36,661 bases of DNA from Fibrobacteria bacterium. Lineage in GTDB: Bacteria > Fibrobacterota > Fibrobacteria > UBA11236. Each line of letters opens with the position of its first letter. Position 1 is the first letter of the stretch. The position numbers were made by a program, and so were the translations under genes. Under the pieces are notes generated by a model. It saw nothing but the letters and a program-made list of their open reading frames with translations, ran no database searches and was not told where the DNA came from. This document shows positions 1-9,205 of the stretch, piece after piece. Location: the NCBI GenBank assembly GCA_041746255.1, contig JBGTHM010000072.1, positions 1 through 36,661 of the forward strand, written 5' to 3'.

Positions 1-25
1 GAGATATTTATAATATTAACCGACA

Positions 26-73
26 ACCCATTTAAAAGTTTAAACAAGAGTGACCCATTTAAAAGTTTAAACA
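26..73. repeat. Perfect 21-bp direct repeat ACCCATTTAAAAGTTTAAACA, two copies (26-46 and 53-73), period 27 bp
   Basis: Read directly from the sequence. Each copy contains the palindrome GTTTAAAC. The second copy is flanked by the inverted pair AGAGTG (47-52) / CACTCT (72-77). Confidence 0.95.
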
Positions 74-86
74 CTCTCTGTACTAT
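58..86 (+). promoter_or_regulatory. Candidate sigma70-type promoter for the outer-membrane protein gene
   Basis: -35-like TTTAAA (58-63), 17-nt spacer, -10-like TACTAT (81-86). The -35 box lies inside the second direct-repeat copy. Confidence 0.4.
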
Positions 87-236
87 ACCTTGGGCATGAC
101 AAGCAGCATTTTTACACTCACCCGAAGTTTCCATGCAATAAGCGGAACAAAAAGTGGAACCTGGAATTTATATTATGACCACTTCAACACCTTCAGGGTT
201 TCCTGGCTTTCTGTACCGTCTTCAGCGGGGTTTTCC

Positions 237-1754
237 ATGCGGTCAAGTACTTCACTGTTATTTATCTGTCTTTCCTTGACCGGCCTCTGCGCCCAGGACG
301 ATGACGGAAACGCCGTCATCCGTAATTCCGGTTATTTCATTTGGGATCTCGGGTACCTGAATGAGGCGGAAGCCGGTGTGGACGGATCCGTATATGAATC
401 CGTTCCCTTTGGCCACCTGATGGGAGGATTGGTTTTAAACATACAACCCACCGACAAGCTGACGCTGACCATCAATCCGGAACTGAAAAACTACTTCCCC
501 TTTCCGGTTCGACCGGGTCAGGCCGGAGGCGAATCCGCGTTCAAACCCAAATGGCTGATGTACATGGAAGAGGCGAAGGCCCACTGGAAATTGGACGATC
601 CCGTAATGCCTAACTGGGATGTCGGCGCGGGCTACATGGTTTATAAAGAGAATCCAGATACCAAAATATTTGGTGATTACCTTTTCCGTTCATGGATATA
701 CCCGGGAATCCTCTTCACGAAATTCGACTACCCGCAGGCCCAGATTTTCGGAGTCCGCCTGGGAAACCGCTTGGGAGAAAGCTTCCGGCACAACGCGTTT
801 TTGCTGAGCGAGATCAAGTACTATCCCTATTTCGACTTGTCCCTGGCCTATACCGCCGCCTATAGCGCGGGTAACCTATTCGAAATCGGAGCCGGCGTGA
901 ATTTTCGGTCCCTGGCGCCCATGCGCCCCAGCATGACCACTCCAAAAGGAAACGTGGGTAGCCACAGCAATGTGCACAAACTGGTTCCCTACCAGGAAAA
1001 CACTCTTATCCTCGATGAAAATGGCGACCCGCTCCAAACCGTGAGCATACTTCCGGCGGGCCCCGACTCCACGGAAGTGGTCATCACCTATCCCGAATCG
1101 GTCGGTCTTCCTAATGAATCCTTCAAAGTGCAGGGCCAGGGTGTAGGGTGGTTCGGTGAGCAAAGCATTCAAGCCCTGGAAAACCCCAATACCGCGATGG
1201 TCTATCCTCAACTGAGCCCTACCTTCACGCCCTATTCCTTCGCCGGCACCATCCTTACTGGTCGAATAGCATTCAATACGCTGGGCTTTTTGGAGGAAAC
1301 TCCACTGGGCCGCGATGCACTGAAGATTTATTTTGAGGTCGCTGTACTGGGATGGAAAAACTATCCGGGTTTCTATGAAAACCGTCGGGAGCGGACGCCC
1401 GTCATGGCCGGCATCAACCTTCCGACTTTCAATTTTCTGGATCACCTGACATTCGAAACCGAGTACTATCCTTCCAAAATATTCCCGTCAATGGGTTACC
1501 GCTCCTCTTATAACATTCCCCAGCCCGGCATTTACAAGTCAAACGGCAAATGGAACGATCCGGAGCGCGCTACTTTGGATGACTGGAAATGGGGAATTTC
1601 GGCCCGCAAATCATTCAACGGCTTTGCACTGGTGGGACAAGTCGGAACGGATCACACCAAGATGATGGATTACGGCGGTTTTGACTACGACAATAACCTG
1701 ACCCGTCCCTCTCATTGGTACTTCCAGATGCGGTTTATCGGGGGAATTTTCTAG
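237..1754 (+). CDS. Hypothetical outer-membrane beta-barrel protein with Sec signal peptide
   Basis: ORF 90..1754. The ATG at 237 gives a typical signal peptide (MRSSTSLLFICLSLTGLCA|Q). Amphipathic, aromatic-rich strand patterns and a C-terminus WYFQMRFIGGIF ending in Phe (BAM signal-like). Confidence 0.7.
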   Translation: MRSSTSLLFICLSLTGLCAQDDDGNAVIRNSGYFIWDLGYLNEAEAGVDGSVYESVPFGHLMGGLVLNIQPTDKLTLTINPELKNYFPFPVRPGQAGGESAFKPKWLMYMEEAKAHWKLDDPVMPNWDVGAGYMVYKENPDTKIFGDYLFRSWIYPGILFTKFDYPQAQIFGVRLGNRLGESFRHNAFLLSEIKYYPYFDLSLAYTAAYSAGNLFEIGAGVNFRSLAPMRPSMTTPKGNVGSHSNVHKLVPYQENTLILDENGDPLQTVSILPAGPDSTEVVITYPESVGLPNESFKVQGQGVGWFGEQSIQALENPNTAMVYPQLSPTFTPYSFAGTILTGRIAFNTLGFLEETPLGRDALKIYFEVAVLGWKNYPGFYENRRERTPVMAGINLPTFNFLDHLTFETEYYPSKIFPSMGYRSSYNIPQPGIYKSNGKWNDPERATLDDWKWGISARKSFNGFALVGQVGTDHTKMMDYGGFDYDNNLTRPSHWYFQMRFIGGIF

Positions 1755-1875
1755 GGAAATGGTCAATAACTAGTCGCCATTTCAGGAGGGGATAACACCC
1801 TTGTGTCCAATGCGCATCGCTAGGTTCCTTCCAGTGGATAAGCGGATATCCCAAAAGGGGAAAGTGGTGAGCTGC

Positions 1876-1894
1876 GGCGGGCCGAGAACCCGCC
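1876..1894 (-). terminator. GC-rich hairpin between convergent genes, possible terminator
   Basis: GGCGGG-N7-CCCGCC about 10 nt after the bacilliredoxin stop. The U-tract is not immediately adjacent. Confidence 0.4.
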
Positions 1895-1903
1895 ACTTCA
1901 TAA

Positions 1904-2323
1904 TCAGCAATAAGTTTCCAAAGCTTTTTTGATTTCTGAACTAACATCCTCTACCGGGCGGCCGGCGATGTTGTGGCGCTCCAGCATGAAAACCACTTCT
2001 CCATCTTTCACCAAGGCGATTTGTGGGGAAGAGGGTTGGTATCCCACGAAATAGGAACGGGCGCGGGCGGTGGCTTCGGCGTCGTTGCCGGCGAAAGCGG
2101 TGATAGCCGCCTGTGGTTTTTTACCGGCGGTTTGCAAAGCCAAGGCTACCGAAGGGCGGGCATTGGCGGCAGCGCATCCACATACGGAATTGATGACGAC
2201 CAGAGTGGCGTCTTTCGAATCGGCGAGGAATTTGTCCACTTCGGCTGCTGTCCGGGTTTCAACGATTCCCAGATCGGTCAGTTCCTGGCGCATCGGGGCA
2301 ATCATGGTTTCATCGTACATCAT
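1904..2323 (-). CDS. BrxA/BrxB family bacilliredoxin (YphP/YqiW-like)
   Basis: Signature VINSVCGCAA..ARP, N-terminal PMRQELT, and PSSP..AL.KDG..V..LERH.I.GR. RBS AAGGAGAA lies 7 nt upstream of ATG 2323. Confidence 0.92.
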   Translation of the reverse strand: MMYDETMIAPMRQELTDLGIVETRTAAEVDKFLADSKDATLVVINSVCGCAAANARPSVALALQTAGKKPQAAITAFAGNDAEATARARSYFVGYQPSSPQIALVKDGEVVFMLERHNIAGRPVEDVSSEIKKALETYC

Positions 2324-2507
2324 GAGCAATTTCTCCTTGCAATACTCCCCACCTGGAAAAACAGACGGGGATTTAATTGTCGACTGGTTTAGTGGGTAAT
2401 ATAATAATTCGTTTCCCCGAAAAAGTGAGGATGGGGCAGGGGCGGGTTATTGCCTGGAATGACGGATTGCAAGCCCAGACTCCAATTCTGCGTACATCGT
2501 TTCAGAT

Positions 2508-3833
2508 TCAAACGAGTGTAGAGACCGGGGTGCCCGGAAAAGGCGTGAATCCCTCCAGAACCTCAAAACAGCGGGCGATTTGCAGGTCTTTCTTTTGCTG
2601 CTTGCTTTTGGCTTCTACTTTCGGGAGCAGGCCGAAATTGAAGTTCATGGGTTGGAAATCGATATTGGGGTAGACCAAATGGTCGACCAAGGCCGCCACG
2701 CAACTTCCGCCCGGCCAGAGAAAGGCTTCATCCTCGCGTAAATGGGCGGCCAGCATGGATGCGGCGTAGATGCCGGTGCCCAGCGCTTCGGTGTAGCCTT
2801 CGGCTCCGGTTATTTGGCCGGCGCAGAAAATTCGAGTGCCTTTGAGGCGCAGGGTTTTGTCGAGTACGATGGGCGAGTCCAGAAAGGTATTCCGATGCAT
2901 GGCTCCCAACCGGGCATAGACCGCATTGCGTAAGGCCGGGATGCGCGCGAAGATCTCTTTTTGTGTGCCCCATTTGAGCCGCGTTTGAAATCCCACCATA
3001 TTGTATAGTGTCTTTTCCCGATTCTCGGCGCGTAATTGAACGACGGCGTGGGGATCCTGTCCGGTACGCGGATCACGTAAGCCCACGGGACGCATGGGAC
3101 CGTAGCGCAGGGTATCCAGACCCCGGCGCGCCATTTCCTCGACGGGCAGGCAGCCCTCGAACAGCTCGCCTTTTTCGAAAGGCTTGGGCTCGACCCGGTC
3201 GGCCTTGCATAAGGCCTCTACGAAACCCTTATATTCCGTTTCGGTCAGGGGGCAATTGATGAAGTCGGATGAATCGCCTTTATCCCAGCGGTTTTTGGCA
3301 TAGGCCAGTTCCATGTCGACGCTGTCGATTTCCACTACCGGGGCGATGGAATCGTAAAAGGAAAGCCGCTCCGAACCTATTAAAGTGAAAAGCGCTTTCG
3401 CAAGTTTGTCCGAGCAAAGCGGCCCGGCGGCCAACAGAGTAGGCTCGTGGGGATCGAGCGAAGTGATTTCTTCGCGATGGATGGTGATGCCGGGATGGTT
3501 TTGCATGGCTTGCGAAACCGCTTGCGCAAAGAGGTCGCGATCCACCGCCAGGCTTTCGCCTGCCTCGACGCGGGAGGCCTGCGCCAGGGGTAATAGCTTT
3601 GCCCCCAACAAGCGCAACTCTTCTTTGAAAAGTCCGTGAGCCGAGGTAAAGGCCGTGCCTTTGAAGGAGTTGGAACAAACCAATTCGGCCAGATTGCCAG
3701 TGCGATGCGCAGGAGTGGAAACCTGGGGGCGCATTTCCCACAGGTCGATGGAAAAACCCCGGTCGGCTAATTGCAGGGCGGCTTCGCAGCCCGATAGGCC
3801 GCCACCGATAATTTTGATTTTCACTTGGGACAT
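2508..3833 (-). CDS. trmFO: FAD/folate-dependent tRNA (uracil-54-C5)-methyltransferase TrmFO
   Basis: IIGGGLSGCEAA FAD motif, AELVCSNS, FEGCLPVEEMARRG, YNMVGFQTRLKWG, MHRNTFL, AGQITGAEGY, FQPMNFNFGL. Confidence 0.97.
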   Translation of the reverse strand: MSQVKIKIIGGGLSGCEAALQLADRGFSIDLWEMRPQVSTPAHRTGNLAELVCSNSFKGTAFTSAHGLFKEELRLLGAKLLPLAQASRVEAGESLAVDRDLFAQAVSQAMQNHPGITIHREEITSLDPHEPTLLAAGPLCSDKLAKALFTLIGSERLSFYDSIAPVVEIDSVDMELAYAKNRWDKGDSSDFINCPLTETEYKGFVEALCKADRVEPKPFEKGELFEGCLPVEEMARRGLDTLRYGPMRPVGLRDPRTGQDPHAVVQLRAENREKTLYNMVGFQTRLKWGTQKEIFARIPALRNAVYARLGAMHRNTFLDSPIVLDKTLRLKGTRIFCAGQITGAEGYTEALGTGIYAASMLAAHLREDEAFLWPGGSCVAALVDHLVYPNIDFQPMNFNFGLLPKVEAKSKQQKKDLQIARCFEVLEGFTPFPGTPVSTLV

Positions 3834-3834
3834 A

Positions 3835-4287
3835 TTAATGGGTTTTTCCGAATCCGTGCGCGCGGAAGCTTTGCTCCAAAGTACGCGCGGCCAGGTTCAA
3901 AATATCGTTTTCATCGGCGGGCAAACGGGGCAGAAAAGCCGTCGCATCGATGGTTTTGTCGCATTCCTCCGGGTCGAGTAAACCCAGCGACAGCAATTGC
4001 AAAAGTTGGCCATGGGCCGAAGGCCCTACGAAGTCGCTTTCCAAGGGATGAAGCAGGCGGAAGGCCGGAGGACGTTCGGAGATTTGGCGAAACCGGGTAA
4101 GCGCGTAACTACCCCAGGCCTCGGCCGTAGTTGAATTCATTCCCTCACTTGTGAGGCGGCTGATAAGATTTCGCCATCCCGGGGGAAGACCATTCGGCGG
4201 GCTATTCCGGCTCCAGGTTTGCATTTCCTTCATTAAGGCCGACAAAGCCTGCGGCGTAATGCCGGGGGAATCCGTCCCGGCGTTCAA
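3835..4287 (-). CDS. DUF494/Smg-like protein
   Basis: FRLLHPLE..VGPSAHGQLLQLLSLGLLD....KTID resembles the Smg/DUF494 core. The TTG start overlaps the purH stop and the stop abuts the trmFO start. Confidence 0.6.
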   Translation of the reverse strand: MNAGTDSPGITPQALSALMKEMQTWSRNSPPNGLPPGWRNLISRLTSEGMNSTTAEAWGSYALTRFRQISERPPAFRLLHPLESDFVGPSAHGQLLQLLSLGLLDPEECDKTIDATAFLPRLPADENDILNLAARTLEQSFRAHGFGKTH

Positions 4288-5903
4288 TGGCGGAAATGCC
4301 GGGTTCCGGTGAATACCAGGGCCACTTTCAGGCGATCGGCCGTGGCGATGACATCGGCGTCCTTAACCGAACCGCCGGGCTGCACGATATAACGGATACC
4401 GGCATCGTGAGCGGCGATGACATTATCGTCGAAGGGGAAGAACGCATCAGAGGCCAAAACGCATTCCGAAAAAACCTTGCGGGTAAACGCTTCGACTTCG
4501 ACCCCCTGGGCCTCGGCCAGCCGTTTGGCGTTATCGCGCACCCGGGGTTGGCAAAGCCGGAGATTGGAATCGATGCGATTGGGCTGACCGGGTCCGATTC
4601 CCAATATCTGGAATTGACCGGGCTCGTATTCATGTCCAATGGTGATGGCATTGGATTTGACATGCTTGCATGCCTTCCACGTGAACATCGCCAACTCTTT
4701 TTTCGTTTCGGGTAGTTGTGCGCGCGTGGGCGACTCCCATTTTTCCAGTAATTGCACGTCGCGATCCTGCACCAGCATGCCGCCGAGAATATGTTTATAC
4801 ACCTTGCGGGGTTGACCCGGCGTCACCGCGTCCAAGTCGAGCAGACGCAAGTCCTTGCTTTTATGGCGCAGGTAATCGAGTGCCTCGGTGGTATAGCCCG
4901 GAGCGATGAGCACTTCCACGAAGCGACCCTTCAAGGCTTCGGCAGTGGCTAAATCCACTTCGCGGGAAAAGGCGATAACCGAACCGAAGGCCGAAACGGG
5001 ATCGCCGTCCCAAGCGGCTTCCAAGGCTTTTGCCAGGGTTGACCCCGTCGCATAACCGCAAGGATTGGTATGCTTGATGATGGCCACTCCGGGGACGTCG
5101 CAAATTTCCCGGACCGCTTCCAGGGCGGCGTCGGCGTCGACCAGATTGTTGAAACTCAATTCTTTCCCATGCAACTGCCGGGCGGAACCGATATTGGCTT
5201 CCCCGCCGACCGAGGCTTCCCGATAGAATTCCGCCGTTTGATGGTTGTTCTCGCCATACCGGAGCGCGCGTCCCCGGGTAAACTCCAGGCGTAACTGCTT
5301 TTCGGGTTTGCCTTGCGGTGCCGCTTCTGCCGTCAGGTATTCCACTATGGCCGCATCGTAAGCGGCGGTATGCGCGAAGGCTTTTTTCGCCAATACCAGG
5401 CGCAAATCGGGATGGACTTCGCCTTCTTCGGTGATTTGCCGGGCCACCGTCGCATAATCGTCTGGGTCGCATATCGAGGTTACGAATTTGTGGTTTTTCG
5501 CGGAGGCCCGTAACATGCAGGGACCGCCGATATCGATATTTTCAATGGCTTCGGCGTGAGTCACGCCCTCGCGAGCCACTGTCTCCCGAAAGGGATACAG
5601 ATTAACTACGACGATGTCAATGAAGCGTATGCCGTATTGATCGCGCAACTCCACATGTTTGGGATTGTCACGCACCGCGAGTATACCGCCATGCACTTTA
5701 GGGTGAAGGGTTTTGACCCGGCCATCCATGATTTCGGGGAATCCCGTATAATCGGAAATCGCCTCTGCGGAAACCCGGTTTTGCAAAAGGAACTTAAGCG
5801 TCCCGCCGGTGCTGAGAATTTTTACCCCCGCCGCGCTAAGGGCTTGCGCGAACTCCAACAATCCGGTTTTATCCGATACGCTTATTAATGCCGTCTTATC
5901 CAC
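4284..5903 (-). CDS. purH: Bifunctional AICAR transformylase / IMP cyclohydrolase
   Basis: ALISVSDKTG, GRVKTLHP, IENIDIGGP, LRYGEN, KHTNPCG, KHVKSNAI, ASDAFFPF, IVQPGGS, FTGTRHFRH. Confidence 0.99.
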   Translation of the reverse strand: MDKTALISVSDKTGLLEFAQALSAAGVKILSTGGTLKFLLQNRVSAEAISDYTGFPEIMDGRVKTLHPKVHGGILAVRDNPKHVELRDQYGIRFIDIVVVNLYPFRETVAREGVTHAEAIENIDIGGPCMLRASAKNHKFVTSICDPDDYATVARQITEEGEVHPDLRLVLAKKAFAHTAAYDAAIVEYLTAEAAPQGKPEKQLRLEFTRGRALRYGENNHQTAEFYREASVGGEANIGSARQLHGKELSFNNLVDADAALEAVREICDVPGVAIIKHTNPCGYATGSTLAKALEAAWDGDPVSAFGSVIAFSREVDLATAEALKGRFVEVLIAPGYTTEALDYLRHKSKDLRLLDLDAVTPGQPRKVYKHILGGMLVQDRDVQLLEKWESPTRAQLPETKKELAMFTWKACKHVKSNAITIGHEYEPGQFQILGIGPGQPNRIDSNLRLCQPRVRDNAKRLAEAQGVEVEAFTRKVFSECVLASDAFFPFDDNVIAAHDAGIRYIVQPGGSVKDADVIATADRLKVALVFTGTRHFRH

Positions 5904-6831
5904 TAAATACCCTTCCCGTCAATTTACGATAGGCTTCCAAATATTTTTCCCGTGTGCCGGCGACCACTTGCGCCGGTAATTCCGGTCCGGGAGCGGTTTT
6001 ATTCCAATCCAAACCGGCGAGATAGTCACGCACGAATTGTTTATCGAAACTGGGTTGATCCTGTCCCGGTTGGTAGGCATCCGCCGGCCAGAAGCGGGAA
6101 GAGTCCGGCGTCAAGACTTCATCGATTAATAGGATGTGGTCCTGGAATTTTCCGAATTCAAATTTGGTATCAGCCAGGATGATACCCCGCTCCGCTGCGT
6201 ACTCGGAAGCGCGACGGTAAATATTCAGGCTGAACTTTTTCAGCTCCGCCGCTGCCGATGCGCCAATCATTTTTTCCATGGTGGCGAAATCGATATTCTC
6301 ATCATGTCCCGTATCGTTTTTGGCAGCGGGCGTAAAAATCGGTTCAGGGAGCTTGTCCGACGGTTTTAGACCCTTGGGTAGGGAAATTCCGCAAATGGCG
6401 CCATCGCGCTGATAGTCCTTCCATCCTGAACCGGACAAATAGCCCCGAACCACGCATTCCACGTCGAAGCGTTCCGCTTTTTGGACCAGCATGGAACGCC
6501 GCGCCAAAGCTTCACCGTAGTGACGCAGTTCCGAGGGGTAGTCCTTGATATTAAACGCCAGAAGGTGGTTGGGGAACCCCAATAATTCGAACCAAAAGAG
6601 GGAAAGTTGCGTGAGTATGGCGCCTTTGTCGGGAATGGGAGTGGGTAAGACCACGTCGAAGGCTGAAATACGATCGGAGGCCACAATCAAAAGTTTATCG
6701 CCCAAATCGTAGACATCCCGCACTTTCCCCCGTCTAAAGAGGGGATATTCACGGATTTCGGGGGTTTCGCCACCCAATGAGTCCGATAAGGAGGAGGTTC
6801 GGCCGGTTTGGTTCACTGGTGGGTTATTCAT
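5896..6831 (-). CDS. purC: SAICAR synthetase
   Basis: RGKVRDVY, SDRISAFD, ECVVRGYLSGSGW, LADTKFEFG, LIDEVLTPDSSRFW, DKQFVRD. ATG 6831 chosen because it overlaps the upstream stop. Confidence 0.97.
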   Translation of the reverse strand: MNNPPVNQTGRTSSLSDSLGGETPEIREYPLFRRGKVRDVYDLGDKLLIVASDRISAFDVVLPTPIPDKGAILTQLSLFWFELLGFPNHLLAFNIKDYPSELRHYGEALARRSMLVQKAERFDVECVVRGYLSGSGWKDYQRDGAICGISLPKGLKPSDKLPEPIFTPAAKNDTGHDENIDFATMEKMIGASAAAELKKFSLNIYRRASEYAAERGIILADTKFEFGKFQDHILLIDEVLTPDSSRFWPADAYQPGQDQPSFDKQFVRDYLAGLDWNKTAPGPELPAQVVAGTREKYLEAYRKLTGRVFSG

Positions 6832-7762
6832 GCGAGAATAATAGTGCGCTCTGCATGGGGGTGTCAAACCGGGCGGGAACCGTGGTCGGGATAGACCCCG
6901 ATTTACGCGCTCCGAATTGGTAGTAGAGGTTCAAGGCGATTTTGAGTCCAGCCAGATTCCAGGAGGCCTTCCCGTTGGATGGGGTAGCGCTTTCACTATT
7001 TCGAGCAAGTTCCTCCCAGTTTGCTTCGGAAGAAAACCCGAGATTCTGGTACGAGATCGCGGCATTCCAAAAGAAGGATTTCGACGGGCTGTGTTGAAAT
7101 CCGACCTGAAATTCATATCCCGTCCCACCCGGTTCAAACTCGGCCCTGACGCTACCATGATTGGTATAAAGTTCAGCCAGACCCAAGTCCCATAAATGCC
7201 AATATCCGACGTATAGACCCGGTTGCCCGGTAACCGAAAGAAAGGCGGCGGGAATGAGATACTTGGCGCCCATTCCCCCTAATAGAGCCTGAACAACGTA
7301 ACGCTCCTCGCTTACCGGCCCCGGCACGCCCTCTAAACCGGGTGCTTGAAAGAGAGCCGATTGGCTGTACCATATGCCTTCCAGCTTCACGGAAACATCC
7401 AAGTGAGTAAGGATAGGATAGGCTGCCATCATGCCAAGGGGAAAAGCCATATGCACCGACTCGAATGGCTGCAAGGTACTGCCGCCGGGTTGTTGCAACA
7501 TTCTCGCAAGCCTATTCTTTTCATCGAGATTGAAAAAGGTGGTGGCAGCGAATACCCCGACATAGGGAAGCCGGGCCGCCTTAATCTTTGGAGTCCCTGG
7601 ATTCACCGGCATTTGCACCGAGTCCGGAGCCGTGCTCAGGGTGTCTTCGACCGGTTGCGCCCAACCCATGGCGCCAAGCATGGCACTCGCTATAGCCGTT
7701 GCCCGCAGGGCACCCCAAAGCCGGCTGACGCCGTCGACAAGAGTATCGAACCGATTATGCAT
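6824..7762 (-). CDS. Hypothetical outer-membrane beta-barrel protein
   Basis: ORF 6824..7870; ATG 7762 overlaps the nadD stop. Signal-like ATAIASAMLGAMGWA|Q, alternating strand patterns (YEFQVGFQH, LKIALNLYYQF). Confidence 0.6.
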   Translation of the reverse strand: MHNRFDTLVDGVSRLWGALRATAIASAMLGAMGWAQPVEDTLSTAPDSVQMPVNPGTPKIKAARLPYVGVFAATTFFNLDEKNRLARMLQQPGGSTLQPFESVHMAFPLGMMAAYPILTHLDVSVKLEGIWYSQSALFQAPGLEGVPGPVSEERYVVQALLGGMGAKYLIPAAFLSVTGQPGLYVGYWHLWDLGLAELYTNHGSVRAEFEPGGTGYEFQVGFQHSPSKSFFWNAAISYQNLGFSSEANWEELARNSESATPSNGKASWNLAGLKIALNLYYQFGARKSGSIPTTVPARFDTPMQSALLFSHE

Positions 7763-8339
7763 TCGCGTCGTTTCGATAGAGCTTTTTCGCGGTGATATAG
7801 TCCCGTACCGAGGATGGCAATCCCGGACCGCTCCAATCACCGGTTTCCCGGAAACTCCGGCGTATAGCACTGGATCGTATCGGCAAAAGGGGAGCGGACA
7901 ACATATGCACTCCGGCGGGTAGTTCTCCCACCTCTATTCCTTCGCAGGGATAAACGATGATTTCAGTTTCCGCGCGGATCTTGCGCCAATCCTTCCAGGT
8001 TTCGAATGTTACCCAGTTATCGGCGCCGATGAGCAGGAACCAATTCGGATGGTTAACCGGGTATTTTTTTAATTCTTCCAGGGAGCGGACGGTATAGGAC
8101 GGCTGTGGTAATTGGAATTCGATAGGGGAGATTTCGAAATCCGCATCGTTTTGTAAAAGCAATTCCAACATTCGCACCCGATCCGGAAAGGCTGCGGATG
8201 GCTCGCTCTTATGCGGCGCCTGTGCGGCGGGTAGCCAGATTACCTTATCCAGGGAAAATTGCGCCTGAGCAATGCGAGCCAGTTGCAGATGCCCTTCGTG
8301 AACGGGGTCGAAGGAGCCGCCGAAAACACAAATCCGCAT
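7755..8339 (-). CDS. nadD: Nicotinate-nucleotide adenylyltransferase
   Basis: MRICVFGGSFDPVHEGHL (HxGH), PHK, SYTV, LIGAD..F.TWKDW, IRSSAIR. Start at 8339, 1 nt after the bamD stop. Confidence 0.95.
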   Translation of the reverse strand: MRICVFGGSFDPVHEGHLQLARIAQAQFSLDKVIWLPAAQAPHKSEPSAAFPDRVRMLELLLQNDADFEISPIEFQLPQPSYTVRSLEELKKYPVNHPNWFLLIGADNWVTFETWKDWRKIRAETEIIVYPCEGIEVGELPAGVHMLSAPLLPIRSSAIRRSFRETGDWSGPGLPSSVRDYITAKKLYRNDANA

Positions 8340-8340
8340 T

Positions 8341-9174
8341 TCAAAGCTTATCCTGATTCCCGGCCTTCTCGGCTTCTTCCTTACGATTACGGGTGTATTC
8401 CTGTTTTGCTGCTTCCAAATCTTTTTGCGCGTTGGCAATTCGGCCATCAGGGGAAGCGCCCTCATTCGCAGCAGTCAGTTCATTCAGGTAGGACTCGGCC
8501 GTTTCGAATTGTTTGAGGTCGATATAACATTCCACCAATTTGACGACGATTTCGGCGCGATCGACCAGATTGCCGTAATCCTTGAGGAGGCTCCTATAAT
8601 AGATGGCGGCTGCCTGGGGCTCACCCATCCGTCTATAGAGTCGGGCTATTTGCATTTCCTTTGCCGCCAATTGTTCTTTGAGCCGCTTGATTTCGACGCG
8701 GGCATTATCGGCGAATTCGGAATCGGGGTAATCGCTGAGAAATCTTTCAAAGGTACGAATGGCGTCCAGCGTGGTCGTTTGATCCCGTTGCGGTATGCGT
8801 ACCTGGTTGGCTAGAACTTCGGCCAAGCGATATCGGGCTTTTTCCCCGTATTGCCGTGAGTTGGGGAATTCCCGTAAGAAACCCCGAAATTGGGTCTCCG
8901 CACCCGGCCAGTCTTTGACTTGATAATAGGATTCGGACACTTGGTAAAGCGCGGCCTCCACGAAGGCCTGTCCCGGGCAATCCGTAACGATTTTATCCAA
9001 AGGCAAGCGTACCCTGTCATATCGGCCCTTTTCGAAATCCTCATTCAATTTGGCATACCGTTCCGTACAGGATTGTTCATGCGTCAGCTTGCTCCCTTTT
9101 GAACATCCGCCGAAAGCGATTGCAAGCAGACATGCGCCCGCGAGTATCCCGGTTTTTTTAATATCGAATCCCAT
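8341..9174 (-). CDS. bamD: Outer-membrane protein assembly factor BamD (TPR lipoprotein)
   Basis: Lipobox AFGG|C, TPR helices, RDQTTT..AI..F..FL..YPDS, LAAKEMQIARLY....AA..YY. Confidence 0.88.
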   Translation of the reverse strand: MGFDIKKTGILAGACLLAIAFGGCSKGSKLTHEQSCTERYAKLNEDFEKGRYDRVRLPLDKIVTDCPGQAFVEAALYQVSESYYQVKDWPGAETQFRGFLREFPNSRQYGEKARYRLAEVLANQVRIPQRDQTTTLDAIRTFERFLSDYPDSEFADNARVEIKRLKEQLAAKEMQIARLYRRMGEPQAAAIYYRSLLKDYGNLVDRAEIVVKLVECYIDLKQFETAESYLNELTAANEGASPDGRIANAQKDLEAAKQEYTRNRKEEAEKAGNQDKL

Positions 9175-9205
9175 GAAAATCCCTTCTTGATAAACTTCGT
9201 ACGCC

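Noticed and set aside
26..73. Possible CRISPR array or iteron set
   Set aside because: Only two copies with a 6-nt spacer, and no cas or rep gene in the window. Further copies upstream of the window cannot be excluded.
90..236. N-terminal extension of the first ORF from TTG 90
   Set aside because: The signal peptide starts at ATG 237, and the extension begins immediately downstream of the candidate promoter.
1756..1852. Possible structured RNA between the convergent OMP and bacilliredoxin genes (GAAATGG/CCATTTC, GGGATA/TATCCC)
   Set aside because: Only 6-7-bp stems, no promoter and no recognisable family motif. Consistent with ordinary 3' UTR structure.
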